Below, one piece after another: positions 8,128 to 17,239 of a stretch of DNA of 64,000 nucleotides. The position numbers and the translations under genes are program-made. Within the stretch, counting starts at the first letter, position 1, and each line of letters begins with the position of its first letter. Origin of the DNA: an uncultured bacterium (GTDB lineage Bacteria > Patescibacteriota > Minisyncoccia > UBA6257 > 2-01-FULL-56-20); contig OY970126.1 in the NCBI GenBank assembly GCA_963705915.1, positions 687,893-751,892 on the forward strand, written 5' to 3'. The notes under the pieces were generated by a model, which worked only from the letters and a program-made list of their open reading frames with translations, was not told where the DNA came from and did no database searches.

Positions 8128-10627
8128 CGTAGCGAGCCCCGTCGAATGGTATTTTGACGATCCGCGCCTGCGAATGACGGTCGCCGGCCGTGCGCTCGTG
8201 CGCGTGATAAGCTACGTGAGCTATCTCGTGCTCGTTGCCGCCGCCATCACGTTCCTCATTTCCGAAATTCCGTTTTTTTATTGTGCCGGACTTTTTATCA
8301 TTCTCATCCTGCTTGACCAATGGTTCCATCGCGGCGAGGGCGACGTGCCAATTTCTGAATTTCCCAAGGGCGGCCGGGTGAATATTGCAAAAGCAATGCG
8401 CCCGCAAGCGGCGAGCGTGCTTGGCCGCGCCGTTGACCGTGCCACAATCACCAAGCGTTCATTTTTCCTTGAAGTTGCATCGCGTTTCATCGAACTGCCT
8501 GAGATCGAAGAAGGCCTCGTGCGGCTCGACGTGAAGCCCGAGGAGTTCAAGCAAAAACTTAATGATTTTTTAACACAACCACCAGGGAAGGAGGATTATC
8601 AAGCAAAAGCAGCGTTGCTCGCGGGCGAGGCGTTCGCCATCGCGGTTCAAAACGGACACGACTTCATCGGCTGCGACGATATTTTTTCGGCGCTTGCGAA
8701 CGTGCACGACGAGATGATCGATCGGCTGTTCGAGCTTTTCGATTGCAGCGCGAACGATCTTGAGCGCGCCCTCATTTTTGGATCGTCATCAAGCAGGCGG
8801 CGATTTGGGCGCCTGCCGATGTCGCTCGGGGGATTTGTTTTCGATTCTCACCGCGAAATCCGGCATCGCATTATGAACCGCGCGTGGACGTCACGGCCGA
8901 CGCCGACGCTCGACCGCTACGCAACGGACTTTACCGATCTCGCACGCGACACGCACGTCGGATTCATGATCGGCCACAGCGAAGAATATGAACGTCTCGT
9001 CGAAACGCTCGGCAGACCGGTGAACCCGAATGCAATCCTTGTGGGTGAAGCCGGCGTTGGGAAGGAGACGATCGTCCAGCATCTTGCCTTCATGCTCACC
9101 AAAGACGATGTCCCGAAAGATCTTTTTGATAAACGCCTCGTCGCGCTTGACATACAAGGACTCGTCGCCGGCGCGCCGCCGGAAGAATTGAATAAACGGC
9201 TGCGCGAAATCGTTGACGAGATCGAAACCGCAGGCAACATCATCCTCTATATCCCGGACATTCACAACCTTGTGAAGACATCCGGCACGGCATTTATTTC
9301 CGCCGCCGATGCCCTGATGCCGGTTGTGATGAGCGATAGATTTCCGGTCGTGGGGTCAACCTATCCAAAAGAATTCAAAGCCGCGATTGAACCGCGGAGC
9401 GATTTCGTTGGCGCATTCGAGGTGATTCACGTGCAAGAAGTGAGTCCGGAAGAAGCCGAAAAAATTCTCACCTACGAGTGCCTCATTCTTGAACGCGAAC
9501 ATGATATTACGATCAGTTTCGGCGCGATAAAGCGTGCGGTCGCGCTCGCCAAAAAATATTTTCACGACAAATTTCTGCCGGCGAGCGCCGAGGCCTTACT
9601 AAAGAGCGCCATCGTGCAGGCCGAAGGCCGCGCCGAAAAGACGCTTGGGCCGGATCGAGTCTCGGCCGTTGCGGAGGCAGAATTGCATATTCCTTTGCAC
9701 GAGGCCGAAGGCGAGGAATCCGAACGATTGCTCAACATGGAAAATATCATCCATGAGCGCCTTGTCGACCAGGAAGAAGCGGTAAAAGCCGTTTCCCAGG
9801 CGCTCCGCGAATACCGATCCGGCCTGTCGCGCAAAGGCGGCCCGATTGCGAGTTTTCTGTTTGTGGGACCGACGGGCGTCGGCAAGACAGAACTTGCAAA
9901 AATCCTTGCCGGCATCCAGTTCGGCTCCGAAAAGATGATGGCGCGATTCGACATGACGGAATATCAAGACAAGACCTCGTTTATGCGGTTCATCGGTTCT
10001 CCCGACGGCACAACGCACGGCGTGCTTACCGATGCGGTGCGGGAAAAGCCGTACAGCCTCGTGCTCCTCGACGAATTCGAAAAAGCACACCCCGACATCC
10101 TCAATTTATTCTTGCAGGTTCTTGACGACGGCCGCCTCACGGACAATATGGAGCGCGTTGTTGATTTTACGAATACCATCATCATCGCCACATCGAACGC
10201 TCATTCAGATTTGATCAACGATGCGCTCTCAAAAGGCGAATCAATGGGTGACATTGAAGAATATTTGAAGCAGCGACTCATCGACGTCTTCAAGCCCGAG
10301 CTTCTCAATCGATTCACAAAAATCATCGTGTTCAAAAATTTGCAGCCCGACGACTTGCGCCGGATTGTTGAAATCAATCTTCGCGAAGTGACCGAGCGCG
10401 TGAAAGAGCAGGGGATTTTTCTCGAGTTTGATCCGTCGGCAATAGCTCAGATTGCAAAGCTTGGCTACGACCCGGCGTTCGGCGCCCGTCCGCTCCGCCG
10501 CGCGATCGACGAACGCGTCCGCGCGCCGCTTTCCGAAGCGCTCTTATCGAAGAAAATTAAAAAAGGCGACAGGGTGAAGCTCGTATTTGAAAACGAAACA
10601 TTCGACTTCGTGGCGATGGCTTCATGA
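8108..10627 (+). CDS. ClpA/ClpB-like AAA+ unfoldase (two AAA modules, Clp_N domain), possibly with N-terminal transmembrane extension
   Basis: two Walker A motifs (GEAGVGKE, GPTGVGKTE), sensor/arginine-finger regions, Clp N-domain; no long M-domain and no obvious IGF/IGL loop; alternative start ATG at 8396 would remove the two predicted TM helices. Confidence 0.85.
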   Translation: MPQKVSSVASPVEWYFDDPRLRMTVAGRALVRVISYVSYLVLVAAAITFLISEIPFFYCAGLFIILILLDQWFHRGEGDVPISEFPKGGRVNIAKAMRPQAASVLGRAVDRATITKRSFFLEVASRFIELPEIEEGLVRLDVKPEEFKQKLNDFLTQPPGKEDYQAKAALLAGEAFAIAVQNGHDFIGCDDIFSALANVHDEMIDRLFELFDCSANDLERALIFGSSSSRRRFGRLPMSLGGFVFDSHREIRHRIMNRAWTSRPTPTLDRYATDFTDLARDTHVGFMIGHSEEYERLVETLGRPVNPNAILVGEAGVGKETIVQHLAFMLTKDDVPKDLFDKRLVALDIQGLVAGAPPEELNKRLREIVDEIETAGNIILYIPDIHNLVKTSGTAFISAADALMPVVMSDRFPVVGSTYPKEFKAAIEPRSDFVGAFEVIHVQEVSPEEAEKILTYECLILEREHDITISFGAIKRAVALAKKYFHDKFLPASAEALLKSAIVQAEGRAEKTLGPDRVSAVAEAELHIPLHEAEGEESERLLNMENIIHERLVDQEEAVKAVSQALREYRSGLSRKGGPIASFLFVGPTGVGKTELAKILAGIQFGSEKMMARFDMTEYQDKTSFMRFIGSPDGTTHGVLTDAVREKPYSLVLLDEFEKAHPDILNLFLQVLDDGRLTDNMERVVDFTNTIIIATSNAHSDLINDALSKGESMGDIEEYLKQRLIDVFKPELLNRFTKIIVFKNLQPDDLRRIVEINLREVTERVKEQGIFLEFDPSAIAQIAKLGYDPAFGARPLRRAIDERVRAPLSEALLSKKIKKGDRVKLVFENETFDFVAMAS

Positions 10628-10672
10628 AGTTTCTCCGGGAAAAGTATCGGGGAAAACGTATAATATAGAGGT

Positions 10673-12430
10673 ATGGCAGACACCTCGAACGCCGCAATCG
10701 CCGAAATACTTAGGGAAATAGGCGAATATCTCGACATGCAAAAAGTGCCGTTCAAGCCGCGTGCCTATGAGAAGGCCGCGCAAGTGATTGATGGCCTCGA
10801 AGAAGAAGTGGCGGACACGTATAAGATTGGCGGCGTAAAAGCACTCCTCGCGATTCCCGGCGTCGGCGCTTCGATCGCGGGCGCCATAGAAGAACTCATC
10901 AAAACCGGAAAAATAAAACAATACGAGGAACTCAAAAAAAGCACGCCGGTGCGACTCGATCAATTGGCAAAAGTGGAAGGCCTTGGTCCGAAGTCGATTC
11001 AGAGACTCTATCAGGAGCTCGGCATAAAAAATTTGGCGGATCTCGAGAAGGCCGCAAAAGCTGGTAAGATCGCAAAGCTCGAAGGTTTCGGCAAGAAAAG
11101 TGAGGAAAAAATTTTGAAAAATATCGGTTTCGCCGAGCAATCAGGTCAGCGATTTATCACGGGTGACATGCTGCCGAGGATCCGTTCGATCACGGCGAGG
11201 CTCGAAAAAGTTCCGGGCGTAAAAAAAGTGACGCCAGCCGGTTCGGCGCGTCGGCGCAAAGAAACTATTGGGGACGTTGATATCCTTGTTTCTGCAAATG
11301 ATAAGAAGACCACCGAGGCCGTGATGAAAACATTTGTTTCGATGCCGGACGTGGTGAACATAATCGCCGAAGGCCCGACGAAATCATCGGTGAAGCTTCG
11401 CGTTGGTATCAACGTGGACGTGCGCGTGGTTCCCGAAGAATCCTACGGTGCGGCTCTCAATTATTTCACCGGCTCCAAAGACCACAACGTGGCTTTAAGG
11501 AAAATTGCCGTTGCGAAAGGATGGAAGCTTAGCGAGTGGGGACTCTTCGAGCTCAAAGGTGGCAAAGAAAAAATGATCGCCGGCACGTCAGAAGAAGAAG
11601 TCTACGCCAAATTCGGCATGGAATATATTGAGCCCGAACTCCGCGAAAATACCGGCGAAATAGAACTCGCTCTGCAGCACAAATTGCCAAAAATCATCGG
11701 TTATAACGAGCTTCAAGGGGATCTCCAAACCCAAACCGATTGGACCGACGGCTCGGCTTCAATAGAAGAGATGGCAAAAGCTGCAGCGGCGCGCGGACTC
11801 AACTATATCGTGATAACCGATCACACAAAGCGCCTCGCGATGACGCACGGCCTCGATGAAAGGCGTTTGCTTCAGCAGATGGCCGAGATCGATCGCGTGA
11901 ATAAAAAAATAAGAGGAAAAATCAAAATTCTCAAAGGCACCGAGTGCGATATTTTAAAAGACGGTACGCTCGATTTGCCCGACAGCATATTATCAAAGCT
12001 CGACGTTGTCGGTGTTTCGGTGCACTCGTACTTCAATTTGCCGCGCACTGAGCAGACTGACCGCGTACTTCGCGCGATCGACAATCCGCACGTCGACATT
12101 TTATTCCACCCGACCGGACGTATCATCAACCGGCGTCCGCCGATCGATCTTGATATCGATAAGGTGATTGAACTCGCCAAGAAGACAAAAACAGTGATGG
12201 AAGTGAATTCATTCCCGGAGCGCTCAGATTTAAAGGATGAGCATGTCCGCAAATGCGTGGAGGCTGGCGTGAAGTTGGCAATCGATTCCGATGCCCACGC
12301 AACGGCCCACTTTGCCCTGCTCGAAAACGGTATCGCCGTCGCCCGTCGCGGTTGGGCGGAGAAAAAAGACGTGATCAACGCGTGGCCGATGGAGAAGATG
12401 TTGGCATCATTAAAAAATAGTAAAAAATAA
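10673..12430 (+). CDS. DNA polymerase X family protein with C-terminal PHP domain
   Basis: N-terminal HhH/pol-beta-like region (GVGASIAGAIEE), C-terminal PHP histidine motifs (ITDHTKR, HS), 585 aa. Confidence 0.9.
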   Translation: MADTSNAAIAEILREIGEYLDMQKVPFKPRAYEKAAQVIDGLEEEVADTYKIGGVKALLAIPGVGASIAGAIEELIKTGKIKQYEELKKSTPVRLDQLAKVEGLGPKSIQRLYQELGIKNLADLEKAAKAGKIAKLEGFGKKSEEKILKNIGFAEQSGQRFITGDMLPRIRSITARLEKVPGVKKVTPAGSARRRKETIGDVDILVSANDKKTTEAVMKTFVSMPDVVNIIAEGPTKSSVKLRVGINVDVRVVPEESYGAALNYFTGSKDHNVALRKIAVAKGWKLSEWGLFELKGGKEKMIAGTSEEEVYAKFGMEYIEPELRENTGEIELALQHKLPKIIGYNELQGDLQTQTDWTDGSASIEEMAKAAAARGLNYIVITDHTKRLAMTHGLDERRLLQQMAEIDRVNKKIRGKIKILKGTECDILKDGTLDLPDSILSKLDVVGVSVHSYFNLPRTEQTDRVLRAIDNPHVDILFHPTGRIINRRPPIDLDIDKVIELAKKTKTVMEVNSFPERSDLKDEHVRKCVEAGVKLAIDSDAHATAHFALLENGIAVARRGWAEKKDVINAWPMEKMLASLKNSKK

Positions 12431-12444
12431 GGTAAACTTTTGAC

Positions 12445-12996
12445 ATGCCTCCGGCGCACGAAATGGACGAGTCAAAAAGGATTCCGACCAAACAACAGGT
12501 TGTGGCCGGTTTTGTGGTCTATCGAAAAACAACGGACGGCATCAAGTTTTTGCTTCTCTACCGCCGCGGCAACTATTGGAATTTTCCGAAGGGCCATTTC
12601 AAACCGGGGGAACGGAGCATCGACGCGGCGCTTCGCGAATTAGAAGAGGAGACTGGCATAAAAAAATCGGAACTCAGGATCGCGCCAAACTTTCGCGCGT
12701 ACGAACGTTTTTATTTCCGCATCGGCAACGAAGGGATTTACGACACCGTCATCTTATTCCTCGCCGAAACCCACAAAGCGGAAATCCGGATCGAACCGCG
12801 CGAGCATAGCGGCTATGGATGGTTCCTCTATAATGACGCCGTGAATGTGATCGGGAAAAAGTATGGCGACACGAGGAAGGTTTTAAAGCAGGCCCGCGAT
12901 TTCCTCCGCGCCCGTCGCCGTCCGCGCCCAGCCGCGCGTTCCACCGCTCATCGTGAACGGGAATCCGGCACTGAAGGCAAGAAGATAAGGGATTAA
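12445..12996 (+). CDS. NUDIX hydrolase
   Basis: Nudix box GERSIDAALRELEEETGI. Confidence 0.8.
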   Translation: MPPAHEMDESKRIPTKQQVVAGFVVYRKTTDGIKFLLLYRRGNYWNFPKGHFKPGERSIDAALRELEEETGIKKSELRIAPNFRAYERFYFRIGNEGIYDTVILFLAETHKAEIRIEPREHSGYGWFLYNDAVNVIGKKYGDTRKVLKQARDFLRARRRPRPAARSTAHRERESGTEGKKIRD

Positions 12997-13030
12997 GAAA
13001 AAAGACGGGCCATGGGCCCGCCTTTTTTGA
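12997..13030. terminator. bidirectional intrinsic terminator between the NUDIX gene and rplT
   Basis: A-run, GC stem cgggcc-atg-ggcccg, then TTTTTT. Confidence 0.65.
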
Positions 13031-13035
13031 TTGCT

Positions 13036-13380
13036 TTATTTGATGACTTCCACCACCTTTTTGAATACTGCCGGTTCATTTTCGGCCAGATCGGCAAGGA
13101 TTTTGCGGTCGAGCGCAATGCCTTTCTTTTTGAGCGCGGCGATGAACTTGCTGTAGTTCATGCCTTCCTCACGGATTGCAGCATTGATCTTCACATTCCA
13201 AAGTTGGCGATACACGCGCTTCTTTTCTTTTCGTCCGCGGAACGCATGGGTCCAGGCGTGGAGCAAAGCTTCCTTCGCGGCGCGTTCATTCGTTTTGCGG
13301 CGCCAGCGGAAACCTTTCGTATATTTTAATACTTTTTCGCGGCGCTTATGTTGTATGGTTCCACGTTTTACGCGAGGCAT
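13036..13380 (-). CDS. rplT: 50S ribosomal protein L20
   Basis: MPRVKRGT...KRREKVLK...RQLW signature. Confidence 0.95.
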   Translation of the reverse strand: MPRVKRGTIQHKRREKVLKYTKGFRWRRKTNERAAKEALLHAWTHAFRGRKEKKRVYRQLWNVKINAAIREEGMNYSKFIAALKKKGIALDRKILADLAENEPAVFKKVVEVIK

Positions 13381-13395
13381 GGGACGTTATAAAAA

Positions 13396-13575
13396 TTAAT
13401 ACGTTAAAAATTTCTTCATCGGGTAATTCAAGCCGCGCGGTTTGCTCTTGTTGCGATTGTTCTTTGTTGTCTGGCGGGTACGAAAATGATCCGTCCCCAT
13501 CGCGCGGCGGACGATCTTGCCATTTTTCGTAATCCTGATTCGTTTCGTGAGACTTTTCGAGAGGGACATAGACAT
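13396..13575 (-). CDS. rpmI: 50S ribosomal protein L35
   Basis: KRIRITKNGKIVRRAMGTDHFRTRQTTKNNRNKSK matches the L35 pattern K-R-[FI]-[RK]-[VI]-T-x-x-G-K-[VI]-x-R-R; start chosen at internal ATG (MSMSLSK...) inside the longer ORF-track call. Confidence 0.8.
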   Translation of the reverse strand: MSMSLSKSLTKRIRITKNGKIVRRAMGTDHFRTRQTTKNNRNKSKPRGLNYPMKKFLTY

Positions 13576-13655
13576 GAGCGTAGGTAAACTCAATGGGAAT
13601 AAGCTTACTATAAGCCCCAGCGGATTGCAAGCAGTTTTTAAGAAAGTTTTAATGG

Positions 13656-14123
13656 GTGCTTTGGCATGATGGGCGGATGCGCTATGAAAAAGCCAAACAA
13701 AAAGCATGGGAGCACTACGCTCAAATCGAGCAAATTTTCAGCAATATTTTAAACGATTGGGTCGGATTCACACGGCTAGGATTTCACCATATCATTCGGA
13801 AGCGCGGTATTGAGAGACCAAAAAGCGAACAAAAAAGAAGATTCGAATTACTTGGGCTGGTGGGTGATATATTGCAGGATGACCAAGCCGATGTCGTTCA
13901 TCTGCGCCGAAATGTGAATCGCAAGATAAAACTACGCGGCAAAAAGGTTATGGTAATTTCCGAAGCTCACGTCTGGGTTATAAAGAGTATGATTCAAGGT
14001 AGATCTATAACTATGGTCGTACGGCAATTTAAAAAAGGTAAAAAGCATTTCCTTACAATATACGAAAACAAAAAACCCCTTCAGGAGAAAGGATTTTTTG
14101 TTTGTCCGCCGTCAACATTATAA
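13656..14123 (+). CDS. small basic protein, paralog A of a two-member family; tentative DUF4258-like putative nuclease/toxin fold
   Basis: about 45% identical over ~100 aa to ORF 42346..42699 (HHIIRKRGIERPKSEQKRRFELL / VVRQFKKGKKHFLTIY vs HLIRKRGIRRPARERKRRFRLL / VIRQFEGDSKHFLSIY); H-x3-R-x3-RGI ... hydrophobic-TIY pattern recalls DUF4258; ORF-track start is GTG, an internal ATG at 13677 is an alternative. Confidence 0.5.
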   Translation: MLWHDGRMRYEKAKQKAWEHYAQIEQIFSNILNDWVGFTRLGFHHIIRKRGIERPKSEQKRRFELLGLVGDILQDDQADVVHLRRNVNRKIKLRGKKVMVISEAHVWVIKSMIQGRSITMVVRQFKKGKKHFLTIYENKKPLQEKGFFVCPPSTL

Positions 14124-14226
14124 CGTCGACAGGAGCTACCGCCCCGCGGACTTCTTTTAGTGTAAATCCATATCGAGGCGTGTCAAATCTCTTTTAATAT
14201 TTTTTTAATGAAATCTAAGAGGGCGC

Positions 14227-14739
14227 CTATTTCTTGATGGCCGCCACCTGCACCGATGGCCCGTTGCCGAGGAAGCGCGGTTCGGAAAGCTTCTTATATT
14301 CCACGGGAATGAGCGTCAAGAATTCTTTGAGCTTTTCCATGGCCCAGTCCTTGTTCCGCTTCTCGCGGCCGCGGAGCCGCATCGTGATTTCAACAGGATG
14401 GCCCTCGGCAAAAAACTTTTCGAGCTGGCGCATCTTCACCATAAGATCGTTATGCGCGGCGCGCGCGCTGATCTGCACGGTTTTCATGGCGGCGCTCTTT
14501 TGGGCAAGCCGTTCTTTCTTGAGCCGCTTTTCTTCTTCGTAGCGGAACTTATCGTAGCTCATCAGGCGCGCAACGGGCGGTTTTGCATTTGCGGAAATCT
14601 CGATGAGATCGAGGCCTTCTTCCGGTCGCACGAGGGCGAGCGCTTTCTCGCGCGACAAAACGCCGAGATTTTCTCCTTTCTCGTTGATCACGCGCAGTTC
14701 CTGCGCGGTTATTTGGCTGTTAATGCGTGGTTTGGGAAT
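14227..14739 (-). CDS. infC: translation initiation factor IF-3, probable non-AUG (ATT) start
   Basis: ORF-track call starts at GTG, but the in-frame upstream region encodes ...PKPRINSQITAQELRV... matching the conserved IF3 N-terminus (E. coli RINGEIRAQEVRL); no ATG in frame, candidate ATT codons at 14737-14739 and 14722-14724. Confidence 0.8.
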   Translation of the reverse strand: MPKPRINSQITAQELRVINEKGENLGVLSREKALALVRPEEGLDLIEISANAKPPVARLMSYDKFRYEEEKRLKKERLAQKSAAMKTVQISARAAHNDLMVKMRQLEKFFAEGHPVEITMRLRGREKRNKDWAMEKLKEFLTLIPVEYKKLSEPRFLGNGPSVQVAAIKK

Positions 14740-14907
14740 GGCTGTAGGGGATTATGCGCAAACGTAAATTCGACAAATAGTACTTCTATTGTGGCGGAAA
14801 CGTTACCATTTTGCAAATGGGCGGACACTGCGGGGCGACGGCACGCCTTGTGGCCACGCCTCACCGCCGCGCTCCGCGCCGCCGCTTGGCCTTGCTATAA
14901 TAAACCC

Positions 14908-15495
14908 ATGGACGAAGGACCGATTACGCATCCCGGGGTACCGGAGGAAATCTATCATACGCTCGGCCGCAAAACGTTTTGGATCTTTTTCATCCAACGC
15001 CTCAACGGTGCAATCGTTTTCTTATTGATCAGCATCGTCCTCTTTGCCATACAAGGCCAACCGTTTCTTATCACTAAACAATTTGGTAACATATCGCCCT
15101 ACGTGACGCTTGCCGCCGTCGCATGCCTCGTAATTTTTGCCGTGATGATTTTTATCATTCTCCTTGGCGTGTGGATCGAATATGCCAACTACAAATATTG
15201 CCTTGGCGAAGATTCATTAAAGATCAAACGTGGCTTCCTTAATAAAGAGGAGGTGGCGATCCCGTATCGGCAAATCCAAGACGTGGACATCCGCCGCGAT
15301 CTCTATTTCCAGATGCTCGGCCTCTCCCGAATCATTATCCTCACCGCCGGTCAAGAAGACGAGACGCCCCGCGACAGCGAGTCCGAGGGCATCTTGCCGG
15401 CACTCGACAGCAGCCTCGCCGAATGGTTTCAAGCCGAACTTTTACGGCGTGCGAACGTCCAGAAAGTGATAGAAGAAAAAGTGCCTGCGGCGTAG
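14908..15495 (+). CDS. membrane-flanked bacterial PH domain protein (YdbS/YdbT-like, DUF304)
   Basis: two TM helices followed by a bPH_2-like domain; the upstream part of ORF 14398..15495 is antisense to infC, so start placed at ATG 14908. Confidence 0.6.
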   Translation: MDEGPITHPGVPEEIYHTLGRKTFWIFFIQRLNGAIVFLLISIVLFAIQGQPFLITKQFGNISPYVTLAAVACLVIFAVMIFIILLGVWIEYANYKYCLGEDSLKIKRGFLNKEEVAIPYRQIQDVDIRRDLYFQMLGLSRIIILTAGQEDETPRDSESEGILPALDSSLAEWFQAELLRRANVQKVIEEKVPAA

Positions 15496-15555
15496 GATAT
15501 TGTTATTGCAAAAAGTTCGGGCCGTTGCTATACTTCGTTCCCGGGAGGGTAACCA

Positions 15556-15840
15556 GTGAAGTCATTCCAGGATTTGTTGAAGCTTATCCCGCGCCTCGCG
15601 GAAGCGCTCGATCGGCACATGGATGATTTGCGGTCGAAATCAAAAGAAGAATTCAATGCGGCTGTTATGGATCCGAATGGGAAAGTGAAAAGAATTCAAA
15701 ATCTCACAGACGAGATCTTGGACATTCCGCAGACCGCGCACATCAGCGACGTCAAACAGGCCAACCAGACCTACGCAGGGTGGACGGTTTCTCAAGAGAA
15801 ATATGATGAAATCGCCCAGAAGGTTTTGGATCTCAGCTAA
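15556..15840 (+). CDS. hypothetical protein (94 aa)
   Basis: GTG start 7 nt downstream of GGGAGGG RBS. Confidence 0.45.
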   Translation: MKSFQDLLKLIPRLAEALDRHMDDLRSKSKEEFNAAVMDPNGKVKRIQNLTDEILDIPQTAHISDVKQANQTYAGWTVSQEKYDEIAQKVLDLS

Positions 15841-15922
15841 CCATCACAGTTTGTCTCTATGGGCCGCACTTTGCCGGCCCTTTTATTTTCCGCCGCAGTG
15901 CACTATACTGACCTTCTCAACT

Positions 15923-16232
15923 GGGGACGATCGGTTTTGATGGATTGAAGCGATGGGTTTGCGAGCCGAGCGCGCGTGCGTTACAGCGCATCATTTATAA
16001 CTGCCAACTCTAATCGAGTTACAGCTCCAGCATACGCTTTCGCGTAAGTTGGGATCGGCCAGCCAGGGTCTCTTTGGCTGATACCGGTCTTATATAAGGA
16101 GACTCAAGTTCGCGAGGACGATTCTAGTCGCGGAACAAAAACCAAGAATCATTCGTTAGCTTTCGCTATCTACGCTCGTAGACGGCCCACTCGATTTCCT
16201 TCCAGACGGCAGTTCGATTCTGCCCGTCTCCA
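15923..16232 (+). ncRNA. ssrA: tmRNA (transfer-messenger RNA)
   Basis: 5' GGGGACG pairs with 3' CGTCTCC-A giving a G3:U70 wobble (alanine identity); T-arm GGCAG-TTCGATT-CTGCC; internal TGCGAGCCGAG...TATAACT|GCC region parallels the B. subtilis tmRNA resume region; tag ORF from GCC 16003 to TAA 16047 encodes ANSNRVTAPAYAFA. Confidence 0.8.
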
Positions 16233-16589
16233 CTTTATAGAAGGTCTCTTCGTCGGTCAACTTTTCATGCTTGCCGTTCGGATATTCCATGCCACTCCAC
16301 TTGATCCAACCGATGGAGGGTAGAGCTGAAAGACATGGATTTTCCCGTGCTTCCGCTAAAACCCGTTTTCCAGATACGAAGGAGAATCGGTGAAAGCTTT
16401 GTTGACGAAAGTGAGTTCTACTGGGCTCTTTCTTCGCCGACGCGGCGCGACCATTTTGAGCGTTGCCTCAAAGAATTTCGCGGGAGAAAGTAGTCCGTTT
16501 TCGGCGGCCAGCCACAACTGGTCGCCGTTTTTGTCTTGTCCCAGCGTCAAGCATTTCTGCCTGAGAGAGGGAATTGTTAAGATACAGAG

Positions 16590-17219
16590 ATGATAACCGA
16601 TGAGAGAAAAGACCATTGGCAAAAGCTTTTCAAAAATCCTGATTGGTATGTCTCGGTTATCCCGGAAGTTCAAGCGTCCAGAGAAAAGCTTGCGAACGAG
16701 ATGGAACGGGAAACATTTAAGAAGGAACTCTATAATTTTTTCGAAGAGCATATCAAAAAGAACAATATAGCTTTTGAAAAAAATCCACCAGATACCGACC
16801 GTGAACGCAAGCTGGTTGATACAATCGTAATCCATCACACAAGCAATCCGCCGGGGATGAGCAAGGAGCGTCTTTCAGCTATTGAGCTTATCCGGCTTTA
16901 TGCACCTTATTTTTATGAACCAAAAACCGAGGCCAATAAAAGCATGAAAGGAAGGCCGATTTATTCCGGACACGCAAGGAATGGACGGCAAGTTTTCTGG
17001 CCATATCATTGGTTTATACGAAAAGACGGATCGGCGGAGCGATTACTTGAAGATGGTGAAATTGGATGGCACGCGGGGAATTGGGACGTGAATTGCCGGA
17101 GCGTAGCTATTTGCTTTGATAACGATTATGAAGATATGAGACCATCGGGCACTGACGGGCGTTCCGTAGCGAGCGCCCTTTTATTTGCTTACATAACGGT
17201 CTCCACGCAGCAGTCCTAG
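16590..17219 (+). CDS. N-acetylmuramoyl-L-alanine amidase (Amidase_2/PGRP fold)
   Basis: IVIHHTSNPP ... SGHARNGRQ ... GWHAGNWDVNCRSVAICFDN matches Amidase_2 zinc-amidase motifs; lower GC than flanks. Confidence 0.7.
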   Translation: MITDERKDHWQKLFKNPDWYVSVIPEVQASREKLANEMERETFKKELYNFFEEHIKKNNIAFEKNPPDTDRERKLVDTIVIHHTSNPPGMSKERLSAIELIRLYAPYFYEPKTEANKSMKGRPIYSGHARNGRQVFWPYHWFIRKDGSAERLLEDGEIGWHAGNWDVNCRSVAICFDNDYEDMRPSGTDGRSVASALLFAYITVSTQQS

Positions 17220-17239
17220 GATAAGGTATACTGTGAGGG

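Noticed and set aside
14398-14907. 5' two-thirds of ORF 14398..15495 (plus strand)
   Set aside because: Antisense to the well-supported infC gene. Only the distal part from ATG 14908, with TM helices and a PH domain, looks like a real protein.
16233-16589. Integrase or att-site duplication downstream of tmRNA
   Set aside because: Only short (<50 aa) reading frames are present. No tyrosine-recombinase motifs and no direct repeat of the tmRNA 3' end were found within the window.
16356-16838. Minus-strand 160-aa ORF overlapping the amidase gene
   Set aside because: Low-complexity translation with no motif, overlapping a gene with clear Amidase_2 signatures on the other strand.
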